Below, piece by piece: positions 51,140-63,191 of a DNA stretch of 64,000 nucleotides; positions within the stretch are counted from its first letter, which is position 1; each line of letters opens with the position of its first letter. Made by a program: the position numbers and the translations under genes. The stretch is from Syncephalis fuscata S228 (lineage: Eukaryota; Fungi; Zoopagomycota). The notes under the pieces were generated by a model. It ran no database searches, had not been told where the DNA came from, and worked only from the letters and a program-made list of their open reading frames with translations. The stretch is from NCBI GenBank assembly GCA_025786725.1, contig JAHLTZ010000004.1:310001-374000 (forward strand), read 5' to 3'.

Positions 51140-51529
51140 GAAATCAAACTGACACTGTTGCATCAACATCATAATTAAGTGTAGCATTTTATTGTAAGTA
51201 ACATGAAATACTATTTAACATCATTAACACTAGTATCGAACATTGAATTTGTGCTGATTAATTAACACTGATTGATTCAATCGGAGTTGATATGATACTA
51301 CAACAAATAACACTTCTCAGTAGTAAAAACTAATTGATGATTTATTATTCGAGTTATGGATCTTTTTGTCCCATTTTAAGGATAGGGAGTTAAAGTAAAG
51401 TAGCTCCCCCAAATAATAACACTTTCAATAATAAACACTTGTTTTATTCTTATTCGTGTTGCTGTTTTGAATTCTTATTGACTAGAACACATTGCTTGCA
51501 ATCGCTTTCTGCAATTCATATGATTTACT

Positions 51530-52564
51530 ATGGAGGAAGAATATGAACCTATTGATTTGCCCGAAGACGATGAAGATGGTCGTCGAGAAGTATCTGAAGA
51601 TGAATACTACCAAATGATTAAAGACCAAATACTTAATGCGCAGCTATCAGACTTTGGTCTTAGTAATCCATATCCAACACCGACACATGTTGCTCAAAGG
51701 GTAGATATACAACGAACAAATCGATCAACACGACGAGAATCGATGAATCGTGCTTATGCAGACCAATATCGATCCATACAGCGTACACCTTCACCGACAC
51801 TGCATCGCTCTAATAGCAGCCAGGTTAATCCATTTGAGACACCGCGTCAAATACGACCGGCTATCCTGTCGCCGCCACCAGCACCTCATTCAAATCGATC
51901 TTCACATTATTCTGCTCATCGTTCTATGCCACCTACTACGCCTGAATCACCTACACCAAATCGTCGACGTATTAATCATCGATCTTATGAAACACCCAAT
52001 CTATTGCCTCAAGAGTCTCGTTCTAGTCATCTCAATGCTCAATTAAGAGCAGCAGCATCTACTTCTACCAATCGAACAGTTTATCATCCCATGGGACGCC
52101 AGACACCTGTCGTAGAAATACCACCATTCTCGGCATCTCATCGCTCAAGAACACCATCGCTCTATAGACGATTAGATGCGTCAGATGTATGTAATCTAGC
52201 TATGGGCAGTCCAATTGCCACTTCAACGTGTAAGACAATAATGATTACATAGTGACAGCGATGACTAGTAAATACTAATATGACTGGTTGGTTGGTTGGT
52301 TATAAATAGTTAACAATTTTCATAAAGAAAGTATTTGGGCTGAAACATTACAATATACACGGTTAACACAATATACTTTTCGTGATGAAGGTAATGGAAT
52401 AGTATGAAAATACTGTAGATAGCTAACTTGTATTAGAATGGAGTGCCAAGTTAAATAAGCCATTAAATATTGTCTTTGAAGATAGTATGGCTGCTTTAGA
52501 CAAGATAGTTGATACTATGGATGATGATGACTGGATATTTGATCATGTAGACACAGACTACTAA
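51530..52564 (+). CDS. Largely disordered S/P/R-rich protein with a C-terminal ANAPC16-like segment, 3 exons
   Basis: Exon 1 ORF has many SP/TP sites. Spliced tail: FHKESIWAETLQY..DSMAALDKIVDTMDDDDWIFDHVDTDY*. Confidence 0.6.
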
Positions 52565-52656
52565 TCAATTGTACACTAAATACAACTATATAATAAATAC
52601 AATATAAACATACATGGGCGCATTGTGCGCTTTATAGATAGAAATAAGCAAGTTAA

Positions 52657-53143
52657 TTATGTTTCCATCTCATCATCTAGACCACGAATGTATAGCACGT
52701 TGTTGCATCTATTCATCCATATGCATATAGCGTTTAATATATAATTAAAATATATATATATCAACTTACCGAATCAATACTTCACCAAGTGTACCGGTAG
52801 AGACACCATCCTTGTACTCTTCAGTATTGGCAAGCTATTGTTGTTGTTATAACCATAGATTAGATGAGATGAGATGACATGTATTTACTATATTATTGTT
52901 ATAACAATACCTGTAGATTCATATAGGAATCGGTCGACATTAACTGTCCACGATATTCTAGACCCCACTTAAGCTTCACCATAATTGGTTTATTGATAAG
53001 TCCTTGCAAGTAAGGCTTGGGATTCACTGGAACAAACTATATAAATGACACGTCATCATAGTGATATTATGGTTAATACCGTCATCGATTAATCGATCAT
53101 CTATATGGTCCATTTCATCTAGATTAATACTTACACCAGACAT
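52657..53143 (-). CDS. SMX3: snRNP core protein SmF, 4 exons
   Basis: MSG|[42 protein letters not shown]|[19 protein letters not shown]|CNNVLYIRG. Confidence 0.97.
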
Positions 53144-53167
53144 TTTAGAATGCGTACAAGTAGTTGA

Positions 53168-53238
53168 ATGGATAGATGGATGAATCAATAGATAGATAGA
53201 TGGATGGATGGATGGATGGATGGATGGATGGATGGATG
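53168..53238. repeat. (GGAT)n/(AGAT)n microsatellite immediately upstream of SmF
   Basis: Direct reading. Confidence 0.9.
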
Positions 53239-53350
53239 AATAAACACAATGATCTCTGTTATGTTCAATATAATGAATATCAAATAATGATGTTTATTTA
53301 CATTCATTCATATTAATGTGACTACTGGATGTAACAAGTCATTATCTTTA

Positions 53351-54292
53351 TTATGCTATGTCTTGGTCTTCACGACCTACTTCATCGCCATATCCACGAG
53401 CAATACCACTACGGCCAATTTCTAATACGGCCGGTGTATCTTCACCTAGTCGTTGTTCTAATCCTTGGAATTCACGTTGGGCCAGATATTTGACTTATCA
53501 TATTGATATTAGTATAACTCTTGTATCTACTATCTATTCTCTTACCGGCTGGACTGTCTCGCCAAGTAGTAACTTGATTATTTTGGTTACGTAATGTAAG
53601 ACTTGATAATTGATCATCTACAAGCGATGTTGTTGTAGTTAAATCATCATCTAATTATTTAATACAGTTATTAATTACTGTTAATTATGATTAATTAAGT
53701 ACTTGCCTGTAACATGTTTAGATTGTGCTATTAATTGACCCGATACTAAAGAAAACCGTGGTAAATCCTCTTCATCTTCATCTTCATTATTTTTGTTATC
53801 ATTGTCTTCTTCGTCAGTTGATATATCATTATTAGATTCACTATTTCCACCTATATATTATTAACTTATTATTATGATTATGATTATATATATGTGTGTG
53901 TATAATTACTTACGTTCAAGTATTTCTTGAAAGTTTACAGCAAATTCACCCGTCCATTCTCGACCACTATTTATATTTGATTTAGTATAGTATAGCTTAT
54001 AAATGGATTCTTACCTAACGAGAGCCAGATCCAACTCAAATGGAGTTACTACTGGCCGATAAAACTCCTAAATAATATTCATTAGCCCATTAATGCTGTA
54101 CATTCAGTATCGCTTACCTTTCCATCAATGAGGCTGTTCTCCGGACAAGCTACTAGAACAAATAGATCAATCTCAGGGAAATTGGCAAGTTTGGCCACAT
54201 TCAATTTGCCAACTGAAAATAGATAAAACTTTTTGCCGGCTTGTTTAATCGTTTGTTTTAAATGCTCAATTACTTGCATATAAGATGCTAAT

Positions 54293-54323
<31 letters not shown>

Positions 54324-55746
54324 ATTGGACTATTAATATCTATTACTTTATATTACAGTTACTTACTGACACCTAATGTACCCGCCACAATACCAATAAC
54401 ATCGGCATCTTTAGCCTTTTGTACCAAGTAATATCTAAAACTTCAATTAAACGCTACATCTTATTATTAAGCATCCCATTACCTTTTCATTAATGCTCGA
54501 TTAACAGTCGCTGACTCAAGACGTGTTTTATCAGTGGAGGTGCAAAACTATGTACCTTCATTTAAAGTGAATAACATACTAATCATCAAATAAATATTTA
54601 CCTGTGCCTTATTATGAGTCATTAATAGATTTGTTAGTGTTCTTCCCTCTTCACCAATATAAAAGATAAGACAGTCATCAAATGATACACCATTAGGTAG
54701 ATTCAATTGTCGACCCGTCAAATAAGGTGTATCCAATTCATTAATGCCATTGTCTTTCCCATCTACATTCACTGCTTCATGAGTAGTGCTAGATGTTGTA
54801 GAACGACAACAATCATTTGTAGTATCTGCTTGATTGCTACAACAAGTGTCTGGCTTAGAGGAGCAACAGCTATTATTGTCACTTGTTTGAGCAATGCATG
54901 AGGGTGCGGCTTTTTTACGTTGAGATTCAGTCAAGGCTGTAGCTATAGTTAAATTGGTATATTTGATCGGCAGCTGGTGTATTTCCTTCATTATATCCTC
55001 TATACATTATTATATTAATATTAATATTAATATTAATACTATTGACTATAGTGTAATGAACTATTTACCAATGGCGTATTGATAAATAACATCGCTTACA
55101 ATCACAATGTTACTATCTGTTTGTCCGTTATAAGTATTATCGAATGCCGTAGCACATGCTTTAACATCAATGGGTGCACGACCAAATACATACATGACTG
55201 GTAATCGTTGGGTTCTATCATAGTACAGTCAGTCTATCTATGGTTCATCCAGCTATATCAATGACCTACGCGCTTAAACATGAAGGTCCATAATGTACAA
55301 TAAAGTCTGCATTCACATGTTGTGCAGCAATTTCATCAACACAACAGCTAAATAATGTCATAGTTATTAAAAGTAACAATTACGTATACGGCTATTTACC
55401 TGCCATATGATGTATCAGCTAGAATAAACACACTACGTTCTGTCTTATCGGTCAACTGACGAGCTACCCAGGCAGAATCACGTAACATGCCATCAGGCAT
55501 TTGAAGTGCAATCTATTCTTACTTTTATTACAGTCTATTACAATGTATTAGCAAACAGCTTACACGTTGGTAGTTGTCCGTTAGAATACGAGACACCGTT
55601 CTTTCAATCTCATAGGACACTAGTAATTGGTCCTCAGTCATGGCCTCGTCGACTAAGCGTGAGGCCGCAGTTGCTTCAAGGTCAACCTGGCGCTCTAGCA
55701 CTGCTCGGCCATCGTCGGCAAATCCTGCTGGACCTTGTAATTCCAT
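53351..55746 (-). CDS. DPH2: Diphthamide biosynthesis protein Dph2, multi-exon
   Basis: YEIERT..|[16 protein letters not shown]|[80 protein letters not shown]. Confidence 0.94.
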
Positions 55747-56082
55747 TATAGTTGTTTAAAGAAAAGTGTTATTTTATTTTTTATTATAGTCCTGAGTATC
55801 TCTATTTATAGACCCAGTTTCATTTGTAATAACAAAATCGAATATTCATTTTATTGTAATCATTTCATAACAAACCGACTGATACGCATGAGAGACTAAT
55901 AAAGTCTATAGATAAATATATAACAGACGAGTTTATAAGAGTAGATATGGTGTGTAGTGTAGTGTAGAGAGAGAGAGAAATAGGAGTCAAAAATCTATTA
56001 ATTCGTCAAGTTCAAGAATGATTATAGTGGGGGGAGATAGTATATAAATAGATGGCGTGTTATATCAATCATAGTAGAATAA

Positions 56083-56813
56083 CTATAGAGTGAATAACAA
56101 TAAACTACTAATAGTCATAGTTAACATTAGACCAGTTAAATAGTTCAATGGTGTTCGTTGAGAGACAGCAGATGATTTAGAGGCTTCTTTCTTTTTATCG
56201 CTGTCTGGATCTTCAGCTTGAACACTGACTTCATCATGGGGCACAACAATGTTTTCTATAAATAATAACAATGGTAAGTTTACAATCCCTAAATTAAATA
56301 AAGCACACTTACTATAGACTCTGGCAGTTTCTCTACTGCATAATTAATGGTATTGACTACTTCTTTAGGCAATACATTCTTCATATAGATATCTTTGCAG
56401 TTGGCTTGTTCAGTAGGGGCCCAGCTTGCAGGCGCCGGATCTGTCTTTTGACCAAATAGCTTATCGAACGATGGAATACTGATATCAAGGCCTCGGCCAC
56501 CCGTATCAACGGCAAGAACATAGATAAATCGCGTTGGCTCGCGGGTATTGTAGACCTTTAAGCATGTACCGCACTCATGTGTCTTCTCCATAGCTTGCAC
56601 CGCGGTAATACGCGTAATATCAAGGGTGGCATAGGGCATGCCACAGCTAGGTGGATTGGTCAATAGAGCCGGCCCCATACCCACATAATCATGAGGAGTA
56701 ATCGTGTCGGAGCCAACCATTTTAGCCTGAATTACTGGCATTACGATAAGAAGGATGGCCCATACTAGGGCACCCAACCGTTCCAATGACCAACAATGCT
56801 GATAGCTAGCCAT
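56083..56813 (-). CDS. Secreted, probably GPI-anchored RlpA-like double-psi beta-barrel (loosenin/expansin/cerato-platanin-like) protein
   Basis: Signal peptide ..WAILLIVMPVIQA; PPSCG..ECGTCLKV..VLAVDTGGRGLDIS; C-terminal SKSSA followed by a hydrophobic tail. The splice phase needs a 1-nt correction or an alternative donor. Confidence 0.75.
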
Positions 56814-58023
56814 GCTGTATGTATCGATGAAACAAGTATTTAGTGTATCAAACGCTGTAGGGGTATCAAAGATATGCTGTGCCACGCTGACTGTGACACA
56901 CTGTTAGAATAGATTTTAGTAGTGCTTATCCAACTAGAGACGCTGGATTCAATGGAGTAAGGAGGTTCAAAGAATCCCCACAGGACTTATGATCGTTGAG
57001 GGATTACAATAGTAATAGCCGTTTGATTTGGTTTTTTTGTATAGTAAGCAGATACGTTATAGCTTACAATGAGTAGAATGATAATGGAAACAGGAATACT
57101 GTATCCTCTAATAGTTTAAATAGCAAAAAAGGCTAGACAACACCAACAACAGCTACAACAACAATAATTGTAGTAGTAGTAATAGTAATGAAAATAATGA
57201 AACGATACGCAATAAAGTCCAGCAAAATGCGATCGAATAATAAAGGGTTATTGTAAGTTGTAAGTTGTAGGCTGTATAGTAGTAGTAGTAGTCGTGGTAA
57301 TAGTCGTGGTGGCAGTAGTAATAAAGCCGGCAAAAACGAGCAAAAATAAAGAGTGCGTAAACCAAATCAAAAACAACGGTAACAGGTCAATCGGACCAGT
57401 GTACAAATAGCTTTTATTTATACAAAAGCTGCTACAGGGCAAATAGCGCCATTCGGTAGTACTTTTTCGTGAAAAAAACGTGGCTCAAACACCTTGTAGA
57501 CGCGATCTAATTGTATCAGTAATAGACACGGAATATTCGCACATATAACACCGTTAAAGGTGAATAATAATGAGCTGTCTATAGATAGCGACCACCTTGT
57601 TCCTCGGAAGATTGAAAACACACAACAGTCACAAATTATTTTCTTTCCTTTTGGTATTCTCTGTTTTAACCGAAGAGGCAACCATGCATTATTCAACATG
57701 TGAAGATTAATTTTTATTGGGCAGCCCCTTCGTTTCGGCCTATTCTAAATCATGCTGTTCATTTCCCTCTCTATATGTTTGTATTTCTGCCTGTTATACA
57801 GAACACATTCGATACTGCAGAAGGGGCAATCTTTCCAAAATAGTTTCAAGCAAAATAAATCTATTGATTAAGCAAAGGATGCTAGTATATCAGCTAGTAC
57901 AACAGGTACCAATTTAGCATGCGGCTGAGTTTTGCTTGTATCTAATAGCAGTCTAGAGGCGTTGATTCACACGAGGCAGTTCAAGGCGAGATAAGCAAAA
58001 TAAGTAGTAGTAAACTATGTAAC

Positions 58024-60040
58024 TTACCGAAGAAATGGATGTTGCTGTTCTGGCAATTGTTGTTGTTGTTCTATGTTACGGTAAAAATGCGACTGACTAG
58101 ATGACGTGGATTTTTTGTTGTCAATATTGTTATAGCTGAGTTTGGTTTTTGGTATTGACCTGGCCTCAATAGTGATACACTGATGCAGTGTCCATTCGAG
58201 TAGACATGGACTGGTGACCACTTGCTGTACTCGTTGTATGGCTTCTTCGGCCATTAGACCAAGCCTTTCGCCGTCTAATTTCACAGTCTCTATCATTATT
58301 ATGATAAATAGTGTATCCTAATTGTTTCAAATAAAAGAAAAATGTAAAAATCACTTACCATTAATAAAGTGTGCTACATCGTGGATGAGCTGACGTGTCG
58401 TGGCGCGTATACTGCTTGATGGCGAAGCTGCAGGCAAGTCCAAAGGCACTAGCATCCAGGCTACCAATTGCGTATACTGTTCTGTGTCCACCTTTAGCAT
58501 CTGCCAGGCTGGCCATGTACCAAGTAGTAACCAGACTAACGTGTTGGTAACGCTACACTTGCCTGTTGGCATAGAACACGTCTTCAGTGTTTGATCAACT
58601 TTTATCAATAATCTATCAAATAGATGCCGTGTTTGTTGATGGTCACTGTGGATAATGTGTTTCATTTCATGTAACAGCTGAGCTAAGGATAGACCGGCTA
58701 TTAGTAATTCATGCGATGATAGCCAGATATTAGTCATGGATGGTGACTTCATAATGGACAGGAGCGATAAGCGAATCCAACAACGAGCAATACGTACTAG
58801 TTGCCAATCAGCAAATTCTATTACTAGTTGGCACCAGGCTATAATAGACTGTTCAAGTAGACAAGTGTTATTTGACATAAATGCCATAGCGGCCAATTAT
58901 GCAATAACTCCGTTAACTGAGACAATGTTAATAATTGAACGGCATCAGAAGACGATGAGGACGACGAGGTAACGAGAACTGAGGCGTGTTTAGCCATCTG
59001 CCAAGTAATTAGAACGACATACAATAATGGAATTCCATCTAAATGGCTTACCTGTTCCTTCATTAATAAGGGGTAGCGATGATATACACTAGATACCAGT
59101 AAGTATATTTTTAAAACTTGAGTCTTTCGGCTTACATTTGATGGCAATCTACGGATAAATTGCAAAATACATCTATATGTTCAATACTTAACCAGCGTAC
59201 AAGTCGATAGGATAGCGGTGATGTAGATTGTTCAAGTGTTGTTGTTGTTGTTAGTAATTCACATTGATGTTTACATAATGATATTAAAAGTGCACTAAAC
59301 AGCTATAAGACTCTGGAATATTCATTAATGGTTCACAACGTGCTATAATCTTTTGCCATAATTGATTCTATTCCATATTATTATTACGTATTATTATAAT
59401 GATTAGTATCAACTTACTTGTATGTCTGTTGATATATTCACATCTATTTCTACCATGACCAGCATCTTTCCTATTGATTCTAGCATGTGTTGGGCAGCCA
59501 TTAAATTGAGTGGACGGGTGCCACTACCACAAGCCTGTGTCATTTTAACGGCATCTTCGTTGTAGCCATTTAATGATGCATTACAAGATCTTAGTCGGTG
59601 GCGTGCCCATTGAGCAGATGAACTATTAAAACAAGTATTAGTTAGATCAAAAGTGGTATATACAGTTAACTAATCTATTACTTTGTTGATTCCTCTACAG
59701 TGGATATATTTGTTGTTCCATAGCGTGAATATAATACTAGACATTGGTTAAGTAGTGGGCCAGTTCGTGGATGTAATAAGACAGCTCGGCAACGTGTCAA
59801 TTCAGTAAGTAGACGAGCTGCTTGAGGAAAATGGCGTGCACAGTCGTGAGCTGTTTCTTGCTTGGCCAGTATCTATTCATATTGTTGGCTGTTATTCAAC
59901 GCTACATTCCACCTACTTACACCAATGAATCTCTCAAAAAACAAAACAAGACGGTCAACCGGTAATTCGGCCGCTGAATGATTAAGTAGTGTTCTGGTCA
60001 ATGTGTCTAACCATTGCCATTCAGTCTCGTCTAGTGTCAT
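58024..60040 (-). CDS. Helical-repeat protein resembling Fanconi anaemia group C protein (FANCC); multi-exon, with frameshift(s)
   Basis: Spliced: WQWLDTL..LPVDRLVLFFERFIG|ILAKQETAHDCARHFPQAARLLTELTRCRAVLLHPRTGPLLNQCL..AQWARHRL..CEPLMNIPESYS(L)FSALLISL. Colinear with human FANCC as recalled from memory. Confidence 0.55.
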
Positions 60041-60215
60041 GACATGTAGAAACAAAATGTGCTAATAAATAAGTAAAAACGCCACACGTTTAATTTTACG
60101 ACAATTGTAACGTGTTTAATTTATTCATTTAAATTCACTTAAATTACTACACTCGCTATTATTTACATTTAATTGCCTACTCTTTTATTATGCCATTCAT
60201 AGCTGGTATGACTAT

Positions 60216-61103
60216 TTAAGTACTACGAGTAAACCAACTGGTCACACCTCGCTGTACAAGTCCACTGATAAAACCATTGGAAGTAGCAGCATTAGTGGCC
60301 CAGGAGCGCCATCGCTGTTGAGCATCCTTTTCACATCGTTGGTATCCTATAAGATTGGCCGCACTAAGCATCACTGCAATAATTGGCACAAGCATCCAGC
60401 CCCAGTGCAATCGAATAGCCGCAATGATAATTAAGAATCCCCAAATAACTGGTGTGCCATACAAAGTATACCAGAATATTTTGAATCGATAGCATTAACA
60501 CCTTGTGTGGGCTGTTTAATGGATATTCAATTAATAGCTGTCAATAATACTAATACATTCTACTTACTTCTTTGCTTTCAAATGCCCATGTACTTGATCC
60601 ATCTTCTCTAACATCATTCCACCATCGAAGACCGACAAGCAGTCGACCAGAAATATTCTTTACAGTCCAGAAATCAAAGGAAAGTAAAACGACACAGACA
60701 ACAAATACAAAAACAAAGCTTTCGGTAAATATACCACTGAACAGATACATAACAAGAGCTGCAATTCGAAATATAACATGAAATATCAAAGCAACTGGAT
60801 GGCTGTTTAATAATAACATATCAATAAATTATAATACGATAATAGTATACTTTACTTACCTCGATTGGCGTAGTATATTCTCTCCAGGTGTACCGGGTGG
60901 CAGTATAGAAGGCGATCCTCCACTGTTAATACGTCCAGTAGGCGGTGCGCCTGCACTAAGTGGAGGCAGTGTAGCAAATGGATTCTCACTGGCCGCCAGT
61001 AAACCTTGCTGGTCTGTATGGGACGTGGCCTATACAGTTAACAGCATATACATATAGGTTAATTCTTATTATCGCTTATATAGTAGACAAGGTTACTTAC
61101 CAT
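60216..61103 (-). CDS. TVP23: Golgi membrane protein Tvp23 (FAM18)
   Basis: SS|[35 protein letters not shown](I)FW (1-nt deletion at ~60481), ANLIGYQRC. First coding exon is the ATG alone. Confidence 0.94.
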
Positions 61104-61323
61104 GATGAACAACAAAAGGAATCCAACAGATGAAAGGAAATAAGTTAGGAGGAAGTTGACGTACATCAATTCTGTCGTCACTTCTTTCTTTCGTTAACAA
61201 CAGCCACACTGAGCACGTAAATACTTGTTCGGTTATCTCCCCTTCTATCTGACTGTTGTCTCTTGTTCATACTTGATATAGCTCTCGTCTTTATTATACT
61301 AGTTATTGGGTATCAAAGCAACA

Positions 61324-62361
61324 ATGACCGACCCAACCTCTAATAAAGAAGCTACGGATGAGCAAATTCTTGCATTTGAACAGCAAGTTAAAGATAGCGA
61401 GGCCAATATCCACCCATTGGTAGGAGAACAGCAGCCACTAGCTATTCTTGAGCAAGAATATGAACATGGATCGGCTGTTTATCGTACTAAAATCAATGTA
61501 AGCTACCTATGGATATATAGATATAACAATGACTAACAAATCAATTCTACTATTTAGGAATTGGATCAACAATATCGCTCCTTTAGAAGATGCCGCGGTG
61601 ATGGTAAGTATCTACCTACCTACCTACATATATATATATTAGATACAACGAATAATACTAACTGTATAATTAAATAGGCAATTGCTTTTTTAGAGGTAAT
61701 TTAACAAAAACTGATTAATTAATAATCAATTAATAATTTATAATTTATAATAATAATAGCATTTGCATTTGCCTGGTTTGAGAATGCACTTTTAGGTGAT
61801 CATTCAGTTCAACAAAATACTCGTAAACAATTGATAGCTTCAAAGCAATTGTTGTTAGACGCAAAGTTTGAATGGATGGCCGTTGAAGACTTTTACGACA
61901 TGACACTTGAACTATTGGATCAGCTGCTCGAATCAAAGTTTACAAGTAAACAGGAGGCCGTTAACGCTCTATTGAAGCGCTGTCTTGAACAAGAAGGATC
62001 TACCTGCAATGCTATGGTTGTTCATTTCCGTATGGTAGCCTCAGCCTACCTACGTACCCATGCTGATGACTATTTACCATTTATTGAATTTGGACAAACT
62101 ATAGAGCAATATTGTTCACACCATGTAGAAGCATTTGGTCGTGAATCAGAAGAAATGCACATTATCGCTCTTACAAAGGCACTAAAAGCCAAAGTTCAAG
62201 TGGTATATTTGGATAACTCGACAGCCAACGATGGTCAAGTAAACGTTCATACCTTTGATGGATTGGATGAGACATCTTCCGCAGTATCACCCAGTGTAAA
62301 TGAAGGCACGATTACACTACTTTATCGGCCAGGTCATTATGATATTCTATACCGAAGATAG
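61324..62361 (+). CDS. OTUB1: Otubain-like deubiquitinase (peptidase C65)
   Basis: RRCRGDG|NCFFR|AFAF (catalytic Cys), CSHHVEAFGRESEEMHIIAL, LLYRPGHYDILY. Confidence 0.93.
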
Positions 62362-62446
62362 TCAATTATAATCATATCGTTTATATAAAATTTTAATTTA
62401 ATTTAATGTTTTCCATTTCAAAAAAATCACTTTTTATTTTACTACT

Positions 62447-62971
62447 ATGATGATCTCAGCCCGTAGCATTTATTCTATGGCGGCACACCAACCCATGAAT
62501 CGCTTAGGGATTCAGGCCCGCGGTTATGCGGTTAAATTGAGTGCAAGTGCTGCGGCTGCCGCCGCCGCTGCCGCCGCCGCCACTAAAGCAAAAAAAAGTA
62601 TTGACGCGTCGTTGGGCGGTGATCCACGCAATCAGCTACTTAAGCGTATGCTATTCGAAACACCGGTACGTCAACCAACGATCACGGCCGAGATAGAAGA
62701 GCGTCAACAAGTTATTGAGCGGGCTTGGCTACAAGAACAAGAGCGCTATGAAGCACAACATCGCCAAGCATTAGAGCGCCAACGTGAACATATCATAGAA
62801 GCACATAATGAGCTTAAACAAACGAGTATGTATTTATATCAGGGCGCTACCAATTTTGAGCATGGTCTAGTCTTTCCGCGTCAAATGCGTGCCCCTACAA
62901 ATACACCAGCCACTACTGGTTGGAATTACAGCTTTAAAGCACCTACACCAAAATCATCATCATCTACTTAA
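62447..62971 (+). CDS. MRPL28: Mitochondrial ribosomal protein mL40 (yeast Mrpl28-like)
   Basis: Mitochondrial presequence-like N-terminus; RQQVIERAW, LERQ..I.EAHNELK, FPRQMRAPTNTP..GWNY. Confidence 0.8.
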   Translation: MMISARSIYSMAAHQPMNRLGIQARGYAVKLSASAAAAAAAAAAATKAKKSIDASLGGDPRNQLLKRMLFETPVRQPTITAEIEERQQVIERAWLQEQERYEAQHRQALERQREHIIEAHNELKQTSMYLYQGATNFEHGLVFPRQMRAPTNTPATTGWNYSFKAPTPKSSSST

Positions 62972-63191
62972 TAAATAAATACATATTAACTAAACTTAAT
63001 TAATTAATTAACATTGTTGTGTGCATGTGTTTGTGGGTGGGTGGGCGATTTTGATCACTTTTATCATTAATGATGGTGTGCACAACACTCAACCTTCTCC
63101 TTTTACTCTCTCTCTCTCTTTCTCTCTCTCTCTATCCAGTCAACGATTACTACGCTGTTTCTCTAAGGATTCACCTGTAGTCATCTTAATC

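Noticed and set aside
20897-53143. Functional cluster of splicing genes (Nam8-like, CUS2, METTL4, SmF), or RCE1 linked to the CaaX kinase
   Set aside because: The genes are far apart and interspersed with unrelated housekeeping genes; coincidence is sufficient.
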